From the NCBI RefSeq assembly GCF_006345805.1, contig NC_042997.1:160270001-160334000 (forward strand): DNA of 64,000 bases, read 5' to 3'. The position numbers were made by a program, and so were the translations under genes. The notes beneath the pieces are model-generated. The model saw only the letters and a program-made list of their open reading frames with translations. It made no database searches and was not told the origin of the DNA. Positions 14,054 to 27,280 of the stretch are shown here, piece by piece (the stretch's first letter is position 1; the number at the start of each line of letters is the position of its first letter). The DNA comes from Octopus sinensis (Eukaryota).

Positions 14054-16863
14054 GAAAAAACACCTTTTATCAATTCATAATGAACAATTATATTACACCA
14101 TCTAGAAAATTACATATAATAGAAAAATAATAATAATAACGTATATAATAGGAGGAAATCGTAAATTATGGGCTAGGAAAGATACTAGAAACATTTTTGA
14201 TATACCTATGGGGACACCAGATTCTGCTCAGGCTACTTATTTAGTAGGCATTTATTTATTATCAGAACTTCAATTAGAAAATTTAAATGTGGATGGTGGT
14301 TTATATAGAGATGACCTTTTATTACTTACCTGGAATTGCACTAATAGAAAATTAGAATTATATAAAAAGGAACTATATAATTTCTTTAAAAGAAATGGTT
14401 TAAGTATTACTATATATAATGAGAACTATAATGTTAATTATTTGGATGTTAACTTTAATTTAATGACGGGTAAAACCCAACCATTCCATAAAATTAATGA
14501 AATCTTAGATATATTAATGCTTATAGTAATCATCCACCTTTTGTTAAAAAACCTTTGATAAATAATGTAGGTAAAAGAATATCGTTACTTTCTGGTGATT
14601 TAGAAACTTTTAATATACACGCACCTTATTATAATACAGCCCTGAATGAGGCTGGATACAATAATAATATTAAATACTAAAATATTTGTAAACGTAATTA
14701 TAATTTTTAAAATAATTATTTTAATGATTTTTATAATGATAAACCTAATTGTCTGTGTTATGATAAATTTTATTTAGGAACTTATCGCCTTAATAATAAG
14801 AAGAATTTTGATGATGGAAATCTTAAATTTATATTAGAATAAAAAATAAAAAGTATACTAATAATAATAAAAATAAAAATATAAATAAAAATAAAATCAA
14901 GTTTAATTCAGTTAATGAAGATAATAAATTTAATAATATGGTAAATAATTATAGTAATAATGATGATAGTTATAATAATAATTATAATGATAGTAATAAT
15001 AACAATAATAATTTTCAAAATAATATATATGTATTTTATTTGATTACTTATTATTTAAACTTTAAATTTATCGTAAAATATTTTTCAATTAAATGATATT
15101 TTATTTTATGTACTTATATATTACATTTAACTTATCTTTAGTATTATTAAACTTTATCTTGTCCTATGTGGCTTATTTATTTTATTGTAGATATTATTTA
15201 ATAGCATTAGATTATTTTTTACTGTTTTATTATAAGTCATATTAATATTTTAATAATAATGATGAATAATATTTGTTGATGGTGAATTTGAAATGCGTTT
15301 TGGTCTTCATCTGTTGGAGTCTATAGGAAGGGTTGAATGGTATGGGGATAGTCGGCTGTGAATTAATTTGACGTTAGTTGGCAGTTTGTTGTAGATTGGA
15401 TTTTGGTAGTGATGTGAATAATTAATAATTATATTAATAATATTAATAATTATGTTTGATCATTATAATATCAATGATAATAATACTTATAATCGCGTAT
15501 GGCTTGTTGTAGGATCCGGGTAGTGATGATGGACAAGTAATACTTAATATACTATTTTTACTATTACTATTTTATTTGATACATGAAGTTTAGATAATTC
15601 CCGTATTTCCTTAATAAATTTCTTTTAGCCTTTTTCATTAATAATTTTTTCTATTTTTCCATGCAACGTCTTCACGAGTTTTATTTCTTATAGACGCTAA
15701 GTATTATTCTTTACGTTTATAATCTAGTGATTTTCTCATATACCTTAGCAACGTTATTTTCTCCTTTTCGTTTGGAATTGGATTTTTGGGGGGGTTTAAT
15801 GTTTACCTGGGATTAATTTTGTTATTGATATATTAATAGGTGTCTGTTATTTTTATTTTGTCTTCATATTAGTTTCTCCATAAGTTGTGTTTTGCGCAAT
15901 TTTTTTACTTCATGAGGCTTGAAGGTTTTTCGTCTTTTCGTATTTTTCTTTGATAAAAATTTTGCCCCGTTCATTGAGTATTTATTCTATTTCTTTGCAC
16001 TATGTATCCACGCGATAAATTTATAAACGCTTTAACTATTTCTTTTAAAAATCAGTTACTCTTCATTCTTCGCTAAGCTAAGTCTCAGTTTTTATCATTT
16101 CTCTATTTCTTTTGAATATTGAGCCGTTGTGTGTTTGAAAATATTATTAGTGTTGATATTATTATTGTTTGTTGTAATATTATTATTTATTTATAGTTTC
16201 TTGATAGTAATTTTTACGTCCGGTGTTTAATTGTTATAAAAGATATTACGTTTTACTTTGAGAATTAATATTAATAGGCTATATTTCTTTTACTAATTAG
16301 ATAATATTTTCATTAAATAGTATTATTTTTTAATAAACTAGTTTTTATTTTAATATAAAGTTTATGTATAACTTTTGTATCGTGTGATATATTAAATCTA
16401 TAGATATTATACTGGGATATTAATATAACGTGTTTATATAATTGATTTGAGTATATTTGTACCATTTCAAATTTTCGATTGTATTTTTCATGAATGGAAT
16501 CTATTGAGTATATTAATTAGACGCTTATAATATTGATAAATTTAAAATCTAGATAGATTAACAGAATTGTTGAACTTAGTAATTTAGTTTGCTTATCAAT
16601 ATTAGTTAGTTCTTGCTATTATTTTGACTTTGATCGTTGTTATTATTGTTATTGTTATTGACTGGTTTGGTAGAGGACTGGTGATTGGGATTGAACATCT
16701 TCATAGTGTATTGTTCTTTGGTTCTAATATTTCTGCACCTTTCTTTAATTTGGGGTTGATAGGTTTTCTTACTTTCCATTAAGATATTATTCTCGCCATT
16801 ATATTTTTTATGCATTTTTATATATATTGATAGATATTAATTATTATCTCTCTCTCTTTTCTT

Positions 16864-16956
<93 letters not shown>

Positions 16957-17227
16957 GGTGGCTTATGTATTTGTAATACTATTTGGTATTATATTATTTG
17001 ATATTTAGTCAACTTTATTATAGTTTGTTATATTAAATCTATACATACTACACATGTATATTTATTATATAGTTAGCTTATTTAAGGAGTTTGTCTATAT
17101 TTGAAACATTTCTTATTTTGATTACAATTTAATGACTTGTACTAGCTTTGTGTATTTTATTTAATTTTAAAGTATTTAATTATTTAAGTATTATTTTATT
17201 TTTCACTTATGTATATTTAGGATTTTC

Positions 17228-17266
<39 letters not shown>

Positions 17267-17554
17267 TATATTTATTAATTAATTCTTTTATTGTTCTATT
17301 TTATTTTTAACCTGATGAGCGACTATATTTATATCGAAGTGATTTCCCTTCTACTATAATCATTTCATAAATATAGCCGCGAAACACGTGTCGTTTTTCT
17401 ACCTATTATATACGTTTTTATTATTATTTTTGCAATTTACTTAATCTTTACATTTTATTGTTATTTTAATTTTAACTTTTCTATTATATGTAATTTTCTA
17501 GATGGTGTAATTTAATTGTTCATTTTGAATTGTTAAAAGGTGTTTTTTCTAATT
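14048..17554 (+). mobile_element. Degenerate Penelope-like element in intron 2 of lectin copy A, with inverted terminal arms
   Basis: RT fragment MGTPDSAQ...GLYRDD...NYLDVNFNL (14208-14558). About 80-bp inverted repeat 14048-14127 vs 17475-17554. Hammerhead at 17309-17395. Absent from copy B. The middle 15100-16850 is unassigned. Confidence 0.8.
17309..17395 (+). ncRNA. Type I minimal hammerhead ribozyme with intact core and long stem II
   Basis: AAC-CTGATGA-GCGACTATATTTAT...ATAAATATAGCCGC-GAAA-C-ACGT-GTC-GTT. Stem I AAC/GTT, palindromic stem III, GUC cleavage triplet ending 17392. Confidence 0.85.
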
Positions 17555-18185
17555 TATATATATATATATTATATTGTGTGAAATTCGATTTAGTATTTCT
17601 GAATTGAATTTTTTTCCTTGTAAGTTTGGATTTTATTCCCTCAAATAATAATCTTATATTAATATATATATATATATGTATATACAAATGTACTCATGAT
17701 ATATCTAATATAAACTATAACAATTCATTGTCACTAAAAATTTAAATCTCTTGTCATTTTGAAAATATAATTCTATATTTCTTTTAATGTTTCTCTGATT
17801 TCTACACTCTACTTTTTTGGGAAAATATCGAATCACTCAATTGATTTTATTTATATTGTCATTTATTGTCATTGAGTTACAAAAGAAAATGACTTTGCCA
17901 GTTAAAAAATACTTAAGTAATGATTTATTTTAGATTTTGTTCTGATTGAAACTAAGAAAATATTTTGTTATACGTTTTGTTGTTATAAATAGAAAGAGAA
18001 TTTATCGAATGTAATTTCTTTTGAATCAATCTTTTCGTATTATGGAACATATTTTTGAATACACACTCTTTAATATTAATATCGACAATAGTATCAGGTC
18101 GAGTTAGAGTATTGAGTTACCTTTTTACAGATACATTACAGACAATGATTATAATCTCAACGAAATAATCGACGTTTGAATTTTG

Positions 18186-18475
18186 TGGAGGCACATGGCC
18201 CAGTGGTTAGAGCAGCGGACTTGCGGTCGAGAGATCGCACGTTCGAATCTCAGGCCGGGCAATGTGTGTGTTTATGAGCGAAATTCCCAAGCTCCACGTG
18301 CCTCCGGCAGAAAGTAATAGCCGACTTCTGCTGACTCTTTCGCCATAACTTTCTCTCACTCTTTCCACTTGCAGCTCACCCACGACGTACCGGCGTACCG
18401 TCCACGCAGGTAGCCTATACGCCAAGGAAACTGGGAAACCGGCCCTATGAGCCTGGCGTGGCTCGACAACAACCA
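18186..18475 (+). mobile_element. tRNA-derived SINE with 10-bp TSD in intron 2 of lectin copy A
   Basis: A box TGGCCCAGTGG, B box GTTCGAATC, (CAA)n-like tail. TTGAATTTTG at 18176-85 and 18476-85; copy B has the single empty site near 37186-37195. Confidence 0.92.
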
Positions 18476-19120
18476 TTGAATTTTGATTTTGGTTTTAATC
18501 AACACGATATCAATGCTTATAAGAGAATGCTAGAGTCGATTAAATTGATCAGCGAATTCATAGCAGATATTCTTTTAAATTTCAATAACATGAAAGGTTA
18601 AGTCTGTTTAGTTTTGAATTCATATGCAAACAGAAGAAATAGATAATTTACTTGTTATATTAGCCAGCATCAGCAAATGATTAGCTGTTCATTTCATTTT
18701 ATATATGAAAAACATTAAAACCTGGTGTACGTTGAAATATTTCGTTACCGTTCCCGAAATTTTCGTCCCGGCATGATCGGGGAAGAGATTTCAGTAACTA
18801 TTTTACTGACGTATATAACAAATCAACTTAAATTAATATATACGCTAGTTTATGTGGTTCATTTTGCCACAATTCAAAATATTTCGCTATTTTTCACGTA
18901 GCCTAAAAACACTGCGCACACAAGCGGATAACATGTGGATTTTAAGTGTGCAGCGACATAGTGAGTAAATGTATGTACACTGAGTGATCGTTCATCTTAC
19001 AAGAGACGGTACTCAACTGTTTCTCGAAATGTAGTATACAGTCAAGTATACGCCATGCAAACACAGATAAGACAGGATGTCATAAGTGATTCGGGCTAAA
19101 TATCAACAACCACAACAGCA

Positions 19121-19161
<41 letters not shown>

Positions 19162-19253
19162 AAAACAATATAATGCTCAAACATGCACCGAATCATAACA
19201 AATCTGTGCAAGACTATTATTAATCAATATTTTTATTTTCTGTTTGTTTTCAG

Positions 19254-19492
19254 CTACGACGGAATATCACGAATTTCATATGGGATTATGCAAAGATCTT
19301 AGCAAGAAAGTCTTTGTATGGCAGGATGGAGAAGCACTTACATATTCTCAATGGGGACCTACAGAACCCTCGAATCATGGTGGGATTGAAGACTGCGGTA
19401 GCTTTAATCCCTACATCAATTATAGATGGAATGATATTGGTTGCCACGTCCTGAACAGTGGGACACAAATATGCGAGATAGTTGTTCGATAA
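19254..19492 (+). CDS. Lectin copy A, exon 3 (terminal): CTLD carbohydrate-recognition half with EPS and WND motifs
   Basis: TTTTCAG acceptor. Reads HMGL...FVWQDG..LTYSQW..TEPSN.GG.EDC...WNDIGC...ICE, TAA ending 19492. The three exons total 768 nt = 255 aa plus stop. Confidence 0.92.
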
Positions 19493-19578
19493 ATGTGAGG
19501 TAAAACGAAACGTAATTCACACAAATGCAAGCACACACACACAAAATACACACATACATACTCATACATCCACCCACA

Positions 19579-19623
<45 letters not shown>

Positions 19624-19625
19624 TA

Positions 19626-19796
19626 AAGGGCATTACTATACATAAATGCCTCACGCTAGGAGGGACTCTTAAAGTCAAAGCTACCGTAATAAACACATTG
19701 TACCGAACGCCGCGTTCGGTACAATGCGTTTATTATGGTAGCTTTGACCTTAAGACTCCCTCCTAGCGTGAGGCATTTATGTATAGTAATGCCCTT
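19626..19796. mobile_element. 171-bp near-perfect palindrome (fold-back MITE-like) 134 bp after the copy A stop
   Basis: 85-bp arms around C19711 with 4 mismatches, inside a TA tract; absent from the homologous region of copy B. Confidence 0.88.
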
Positions 19797-20692
19797 AATA
19801 TAAATAAATATATCTAAAGGGAATAATTAATAATTTCTTCCCTTATGAGGTTTTTCACGCTAACTACATGATAAATTCTTATAAAGATTTCATACTATTG
19901 TAAAATTGTATATATATATATATACATACACACATATACACTCATGCGCGCGCGCACACACACAAATATAATGTTAACTTTGGTTGTGATTGGTCGGGAA
20001 TTTATAATTGATTTCACGTCTTTTGTTGCTATTAGTAATAAACCAGACGGGGGCACATAACCTACATACTAATGGAGATAGAAGTTTGAAAACAAATCTT
20101 AAACGAAATTCATCGTGGAGAAAACCCTTCTTGTTGAAGTGGAGTTATTTCTCATTGACCAGTTCTAGTCGTGTCCGAACATGTCCGTTTATGTACGATT
20201 TCCGTTCACTAGTCAGCAGGCAGGGCATTCGAATTTTTCTCATAAAGGCACCAATTAAGCATCTTACTTTTAAAATTTGTGAACCTATGACGTTCCAAAA
20301 TTCAAAATGTGTTTTTATTCGGTCCCTTCATGTGAAATAAATTGTGTTGAGAGCACGGAATTCTCCACTTGATGACTACTGAACGAAAATCGTATATAAA
20401 CTGACCCAATTTATACACAAGCGGAAGTGGTCAAAGGGGAATAAATCCGTAGGACCTAGAAGAGATTTTGCTTCGAAGAATATCGTTTCAGACATTTTGT
20501 CACAATCCGGGCCGACTCACAGTGTATTTTTAGTTCCATTACTAAAATGGTTCTCTGCTTCAAACTAGGAAATCTGATGTTTCACCAATAATGTTAAAAA
20601 CAGCAATACACGTGAAACCAATGGTAACTTTCCCACCAGTCATAACCAACGACTACACTAAATATAATTCCTCAAATCTCTTTCAGAGTGTG

Positions 20693-20792
20693 NNNNNNNN
20701 NNNNNNNNNNNNNNNNNNNNNNNNNNNNNNNNNNNNNNNNNNNNNNNNNNNNNNNNNNNNNNNNNNNNNNNNNNNNNNNNNNNNNNNNNNNN
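20693..20792. other. Assembly gap (100 N)
   Basis: Run of exactly 100 N, the usual placeholder for a gap of unknown size. Confidence 0.99.
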
Positions 20793-21599
20793 CTCGAGAT
20801 GAGGCCAGAAAGCTCAATATATTAGATTCATACCATTTGAAGTCGATAGGCAAATGAGTGAACTACCAAATGGGCTAGAGAAAAATTTTGGGGCTATCTC
20901 TTTATGTAGGGGTTGAAGAGTGTATAAATAGTAGTAGGATAAAACTAGTGCTAAAGTAAAACAGGAATTGCCAATGTGTCTAGAAAACAAATAGTACTTA
21001 TGATATCGTAAACAGAGCAAATAAATATTTATCCAAAAGCAAACCCGTAGAGCTTTTACAATGGTGTACATACTAAAATTTTCTAGAGACTAAACACCTG
21101 TTATCCGGAATGGAAATGACCAAAGTACTGCAATCTCTACAAATGATCAAGTATATTTAAACCAAGGACAAGGTAAGAACGTTGCAATAGTTGACGTAGG
21201 TAAAGAAGAAAAATGAAGCAGTAACTAAAAATGTGTGGGGGAGACTATGTCATAAGTAGCAAGAGGCCGGTTATGCTAGCCAAAAATCGGCTGCGAGCTG
21301 ATACAGTTTAATACTGGATGTTCCGGTCGCTGATCTCTTATATACAACCACTGTATAACACTATCAGCTAGAAGGCCAATTTTCTCTTAACATGTACGGG
21401 CAGTGGATACTTGCCATTGATGGCGCTGAAAAACCCAGTAGAAATCCAGATTTTGAAACATCAGCACCTACTGAACGAGTTTCGCCTGTCGCTGTTATAT
21501 ATTTGTTCTGATTTAAAAACTATACATATATGTCAGATGCTTTCTCCAGACGAAAATGCAGAGAGCTGGTGAAATGTAAAATACATTTGTTCGATACGC

Positions 21600-22250
21600 T
21601 ACGCAATGTAAAATGGAGCCTGCATTTCGATGGTGAACATTGATGGAAGTGAATATCAAGCAGTTGTCATCAAGACTGAAACAAGTGAAATCAAGCTGGC
21701 TGCTCTGAAGCTGTGTGATGGCAAGGCTGAGATCATTGCAGAAGGACTGAAAAGCATCTTGGACGAATTTCATTTATGGGGCGCAATCCGAATGATTATT
21801 GCTGATACAGTGAGTGTGAATACAGGACGAAAGAGGGGGCTAGTGGCTAGACTGCAGAGAGTGTTCTTGAGCAAAGGCTATGACAAGCCACAATTCATGA
21901 GCTGCCAGCATCATGTATTGGACATAATTCAGCGCGTTGTTATGGACGAGGAGCTAGCAGGCGCAAGCAATTCACCCAACATCTAATATTTTTTGTCAAA
22001 TAACTCAAGGCTCCTTCCAGAATGGAACTGATGTTATTGAAGATCAAGGTAGCTGGGGAGATATTATGAAGTTTCTGTTCCACTTAACCCATGCCAAGAA
22101 AACGTGACCTGCCTTTCATCAAGTTTTAAAAATTTCGAACATCAGTAATGGCAGATGGAATTCGCTAGCAATATTAACCCTTCTTGCAATTTTTTCTCAT
22201 GCCACATGTGAGAGAAAGATTGCAGATGGTCTGCCACTTCATCTAATATA
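21600..22250 (+). pseudogene. DDE transposase relic, hAT-superfamily-like
   Basis: HFDG, IIADTVSVNTG..G and SCQHHVLD (CxxH-type) motifs; stops and frameshifts. TIRs not identified. Confidence 0.55.
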
Positions 22251-23231
22251 ACCGGGTGGACCATGCCTTACTTAGGGTCCATGTAGTTTCATGAGCAAAA
22301 AATGTTCAACTTCTTACCTAGAGCGAGCCCATGGCAATATCATATCTTCTCCACTATTTCAGTATTACGTGTTAAAAGTGAAACAAACATTTCTCTATTT
22401 TATATCAGATACTTTCACTTTAACAATAAAAATAATAATAACAATTGAATTATATGTAGTAAGTGATAATTAAAATCAAACTAAAGTATAATATAATCGT
22501 AACATAAAAAAAAGTAAAAATAGCAATTGGTATAAAATTGCATCAATGACTTGAACTTGAATAAGTGGTTTCACATGAATGGGAATGAATTAAAAAAAAA
22601 TTAGTCTGCAGAAATGGAATAGTCCAGATGGATAATAAAAAATTAAATTAAAGAAAAGACTATTGTCTATAAAGTATACAATGTAGAGAAAAAAAGAAGA
22701 TTTGAACACATGGAGGAAAGCACCTTCGAAAAGTGTCTTGGTGTGACTATGACAGATATCTAATCAGAAGCGGTAAATTTGCCACAATAGAAGCAAGGTT
22801 CGAGTCAACGGAGCGTGCAAGGGAGTACTCGACTAGAACTTGCAAAGAGGAAATATTTTATTCTTTCCTTTATATCTGCGACGTAGGACGTCCGGGGAAA
22901 AAAATTAAAATGCCCCTCCCCCAGAAGTAGAGGTAGGCTGGACTGTAGCCACACTTCTATACACGAGGGAGGACAAGATACAATTGATCGAAATTACAAG
23001 AGACGGGCAAACAATTCCAGTCTGTTATATATTTTGAGTATTGTTATCACTAGCGATATCAAGATATAACTTTGTATTTTGTATTTTATGTGTAGATGTA
23101 TATATATATAAATGTACATGTAATATGTAAACATATATATATATATATATACATAGATACATGCACTAGCACTATGACCCGGCAACGACTGGTCTTTAAT
23201 GCTAGTATATATATATATATATATACATATG

Positions 23232-23300
<69 letters not shown>

Positions 23301-23984
23301 CATACATACACAAAATGGTACAAGAACGCAAATCATCGTTAGGTGAGGTAAGAGAGGAACAACAAAACATCCAGATAGGAATTACAAAGAAGACATGGAC
23401 GGGTCATTCTGAATTTTCTTTCCTCAGTCGAGTTCCAGATTATCTTTGCAATTTCTTATGGTTATACTCGAGATTGCTTGAAACTGTTATAAATAGCGTG
23501 GGAAAAAGTCCCAATTTGCCGAACTCTAGTACAATTCTGCGGTATGTTACGAACTACATGCTCTTTCTTAGCCATTCTAATAACTACATACGATTACAAC
23601 ATCCAAAATAACATAGTGCATATTTATATATATTTATTGTCTTTAATCAAGACCAAATGATAAATTATCACTTTTAGCTATTGTAGCTCGCATTATATGA
23701 TTTTATCACGTACTTTGTTATGCATGAACATCTTATAATTTGTGCGGCAATATTCAGTCATGTTTAAATGTTTACTTGGTGTTCTCTAGTTATTATAAAC
23801 AGACTTCAATAAATGAGCCAATTATTCATTGTTACGCTCACTCCAATCAGCACTTCTTTCGTTATTAGATGTGGCTTATACATAGAAAATATCTGATGGA
23901 TTTTTTTCATAGGAAGTTTTTAAAAGTCGCTTACTGAAATTTAGGTGAAAATTTCAGGATAAAGTAGCGCTACTGATGTATATA

Positions 23985-24045
<61 letters not shown>

Positions 24046-24209
24046 GTGTGTAGGTAAATGGATATGTAAGTTAGTAGATAGACAAACAGATAGATAGGTA
24101 TACAGGTAATACAGACAGCCAAGCACACACACATACACACATACACAAATGAAGATTAAAACACATAACCATATACACACAGGCACATTTCACACACACA
24201 CACACAAGG

Positions 24210-25380
24210 ACACATTCACCCGGACTACCGAGCAGATGTCGAGGGACATGGCAGCGGAAAACCGGACCGAAACCAGCCGCTGTGAGAACAGCCACCAGAT
24301 ACTGATGGTCCACACTATCAAAGATTTTTGACTGACCTAAATTGATTAGAGCCCCACCAATGCCAGGCTTCTTAACTGCCCTATCCACGATGTAGCGCAT
24401 AAGGCGTCATGGATGGACTTGTTTGGGACGGCGCCTGCTTGTGTGTCTCCAACCAGTTTCTTGACGACCAGCGCTAACCTCTTCACTAACACTTCGGACC
24501 AAAGTTTCATGTCTGCATTAAGCAGAGTGATGGGCCTAAAATTATCTAAACCTCCCCCTTGTTTGGATCCTTTCTCAGCAGTAGCACGGATCCTCGGCTC
24601 TCAGATTCTCTTTCTGTTGCAAGTTGTTGTAGCTATCTGACAAGGGGCCTGCAAACAAGTCTGGTATACTAGAATAAAGCTCTTAGAGCAGACCATCAAG
24701 TCCCGGCGATTTGCCCCCGAGCATTCCTCAACTGTTATCAGATATTCGCAGCCCTCCGCTTCTCTTGTTACGTGTCGTGGTAGGCCATCGCGGTAAGCAG
24801 TAAAATCCATCCTGCGATCAAGCCCACTTTTCATTCCGAACAATTCGACAAAATGCTGCTGAAAAGCTGCACACATCTGCTCCGGCTCGTTCACCGTGCT
24901 CCCATTTTGGTCCACCAAAAACCAAATGGTGTTTTTGTTGTCATTTTGCGTCTCAGCCACCCGGGCCCATTGGGCAACATTGGTTATCTCTTTCTCAGAA
25001 CACGTGCCTTAGCTCTGACAATGCAACCTTCGTGCCTGGCGTTGAAGGTCAAACCTCGCTGACAGCACGTCACTCGCTATGCCTTTTCTAAGCGCAACTT
25101 TTAGGTTTCTTGCTAAATCTTCCTCAAATCTATTTCTTTCTACAGCTAAAACTTTGCTAAATCTAGCTGATTCTACTTTGATGGCACTTTTTAGATTATA
25201 TCACCATTAATTGCTGACGATGCCTCCGTCAAAGTTTTCTGAACTAATTCTTTAATGCGGTTTCTGTAAGCTTGGCACACCTTGAATGACGTGTTCAGCT
25301 TGCCGTAGCCGGGGCCCTGTCTACGTATGCTGTTTAAGGCAACCTTTCAGGTCACCAATTTGTGTAGCCGACTATTTAAA
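24210..25380 (-). mobile_element. Degenerate Tx1-type LINE fragment
   Basis: AFQQHFVELFG, GGALINLGQSKIFDSVDHQYL..VL.AAGFGPVFR; homologous to 54480-55560. Confidence 0.8.
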
Positions 25381-25579
25381 ATTGTGAACAACTAATACTT
25401 ATTTCTTTACTAACTACAAGGAGAGGACTACTTGCCGTTATCTCTCTGGAGTGGGAGCAGGAAGGTGTCGCGCTCCTTAAGTGGGGTGTGGTGGTCTCTT
25501 AAGTGTGGAGCACTTTCTAGGCCTCCAAGTGCCGTTGAAAAACAGGCGGGCGGAATGTTTTCCTCGATGCTGCTAGAGG

Positions 25580-27014
25580 TACCGATATCCTTTGTAACAC
25601 AATTAATACTTGCTAATATTCGTCACGCGAAACAACTTGCGTTAGCTGTTGCTTCCTCGGGAATCGCAGCTATGCTATTGCCAGGAGTTAGGATGGTGCA
25701 CTCGGCATTCAAGATGCCTTTACATTTGGTGAGGGCCGCGGTTCCCACTTGCAACAATGGCAAAAATTCAGAGGAAGCTGAAGTTCTTAGACAATGCACA
25801 ATGACCAATAAGGGTGCCCTTGAGGCACTGGACTGGTCACTGAAAGGTATCAGGGATTCTAGAGCTTTTATGGGTGGAGTAACTCTATTGCTTTCAGGAG
25901 ATTTCCAGCAAAAATTTCTTGTCATCCCTAAAGGGAGCCGAGCTGATGAAGTGCGTGCATGCCTTAAGTAATCCACATTGTGGCTCCAGGTTGAGACCTT
26001 AAGTCTAAGCACAAACAAGTGTGCGCATTTGCTTGATGATAGCATGTCTGCAGCATTTGCTGATGACATTTTGCCCCTGGAGAAGGTCTGAACTTTGTAA
26101 CACTGTGGACAACCCTTGCGATCTTTTGGAAACTGTGTTCCCCAATCTGGAAAGTAATTATGCAGGCATCAGTTAGATCAGTGAAAGAACCATCCTGGTC
26201 CCCCAAAAAGTAGCTGTCAGTGCTATCAAAGACCAGTTCATAAGCCGAATTCCGGGTGTGGAACGCATCTACAAATCTGACCCCAAAGACATTAACAATT
26301 ACTCTATTGAGTTTCTTAACTCATTGGAACCAGCAAGGCTTCCACCTCACATTCTTAGGCTAAGGATTGGATGCCCAATTATGCTAATCAGAAACTTGCT
26401 TCCACCTAAACAGTGCAATCAAGTAATCAAGTCCCTGACCCATCACTTAAATGAAGCCACCATTGATACAGGGTACGAGAGGGGTGAAAATGTTTTCGTT
26501 TCAGGGATGCAGCTTTATCTCTCGGGGTCAGACATGACGTTTAACTTCCGCAGATCGCAGTTCCCTGTGAGACCATGCTTCGACATGTCCATCAACAAAT
26601 TCCAAGGCTAAACACTATCGGTGGCAGGTATCCATTTGGGGGCTTTCATTTAATCAGGATAAAAAATTGATAAACCGATTCCTTATAGGATTTCCCACTA
26701 AAATTGGCTACACCCCATTTTCAACCATAACTATTACGAATTTTGACATATTTTGCTAAAACGTGATGCCAGCATTACTTAGGACTCATGGAATATTTGA
26801 ATGCTTTAAGTTCTCAAAAAAACCAAAAAAAAAAAAACCATCGATGTGTAAAAATAATCGATAAACGGATTCCTTATGGGATTTCCCAATCAAATTGCCT
26901 GCAACCCATTTTCAGCTATACGTTTACCAATTTCAACAGATTTCGCTCAAATCTGATGTCTTGATTACTTAATAATCCTAACTTAATCCGAGCAACGCCG
27001 GGCTGTACTGCTAG
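25580..27014 (+). mobile_element. Helitron 3' portion: decayed PIF1-type helicase and canonical 3' end
   Basis: ALAVASSGIAA, HSAFK, LLSGDFQQ, LPPHILRLRIGCPIMLIRNL, QFPVRPCF.MSINKFQG. Terminal hairpin CCGAGCAACGCCGG, then CTAG at 27011-14 followed by T. Two about 185-bp subterminal repeat units at 26660-26975. Confidence 0.9.
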
Positions 27015-27280
27015 TATATATATATATATATATATTTAAGGGTAAGACCGTTATTTGAAATACTGATGATATCAAGGGGCCAGCATAGGAATAAACACCT
27101 TTTAGGTAATAATTATTATTAAAGTTAAGGGTGCCTAAACGATAGCATCATGCCAAAGATAGCAGTCAAAACGTGACTCTAAAACTACATCAGTTAATTC
27201 ATACAGTACAAGGAGAAAAGACAGAGACAAATAAACTGACAAAAAATTATATATATTTGTTAAGAACGGAAGAAATTATA

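Noticed and set aside
13674-14054. 126-aa single-exon lectin ORF from the track
   Set aside because: Reads through the donor at 13813 into microsatellite; only 13633-13812 is exon.
18186-18262. Possible tRNA gene
   Set aside because: A and B boxes present, but no convincing acceptor stem; followed by SINE body, tail and TSD.
20008-20340. ORF-like similarity shared by both lectin 3' flanks (also 35579-35860)
   Set aside because: Explained by the duplication; frames differ between copies and no domain or splice support is visible.
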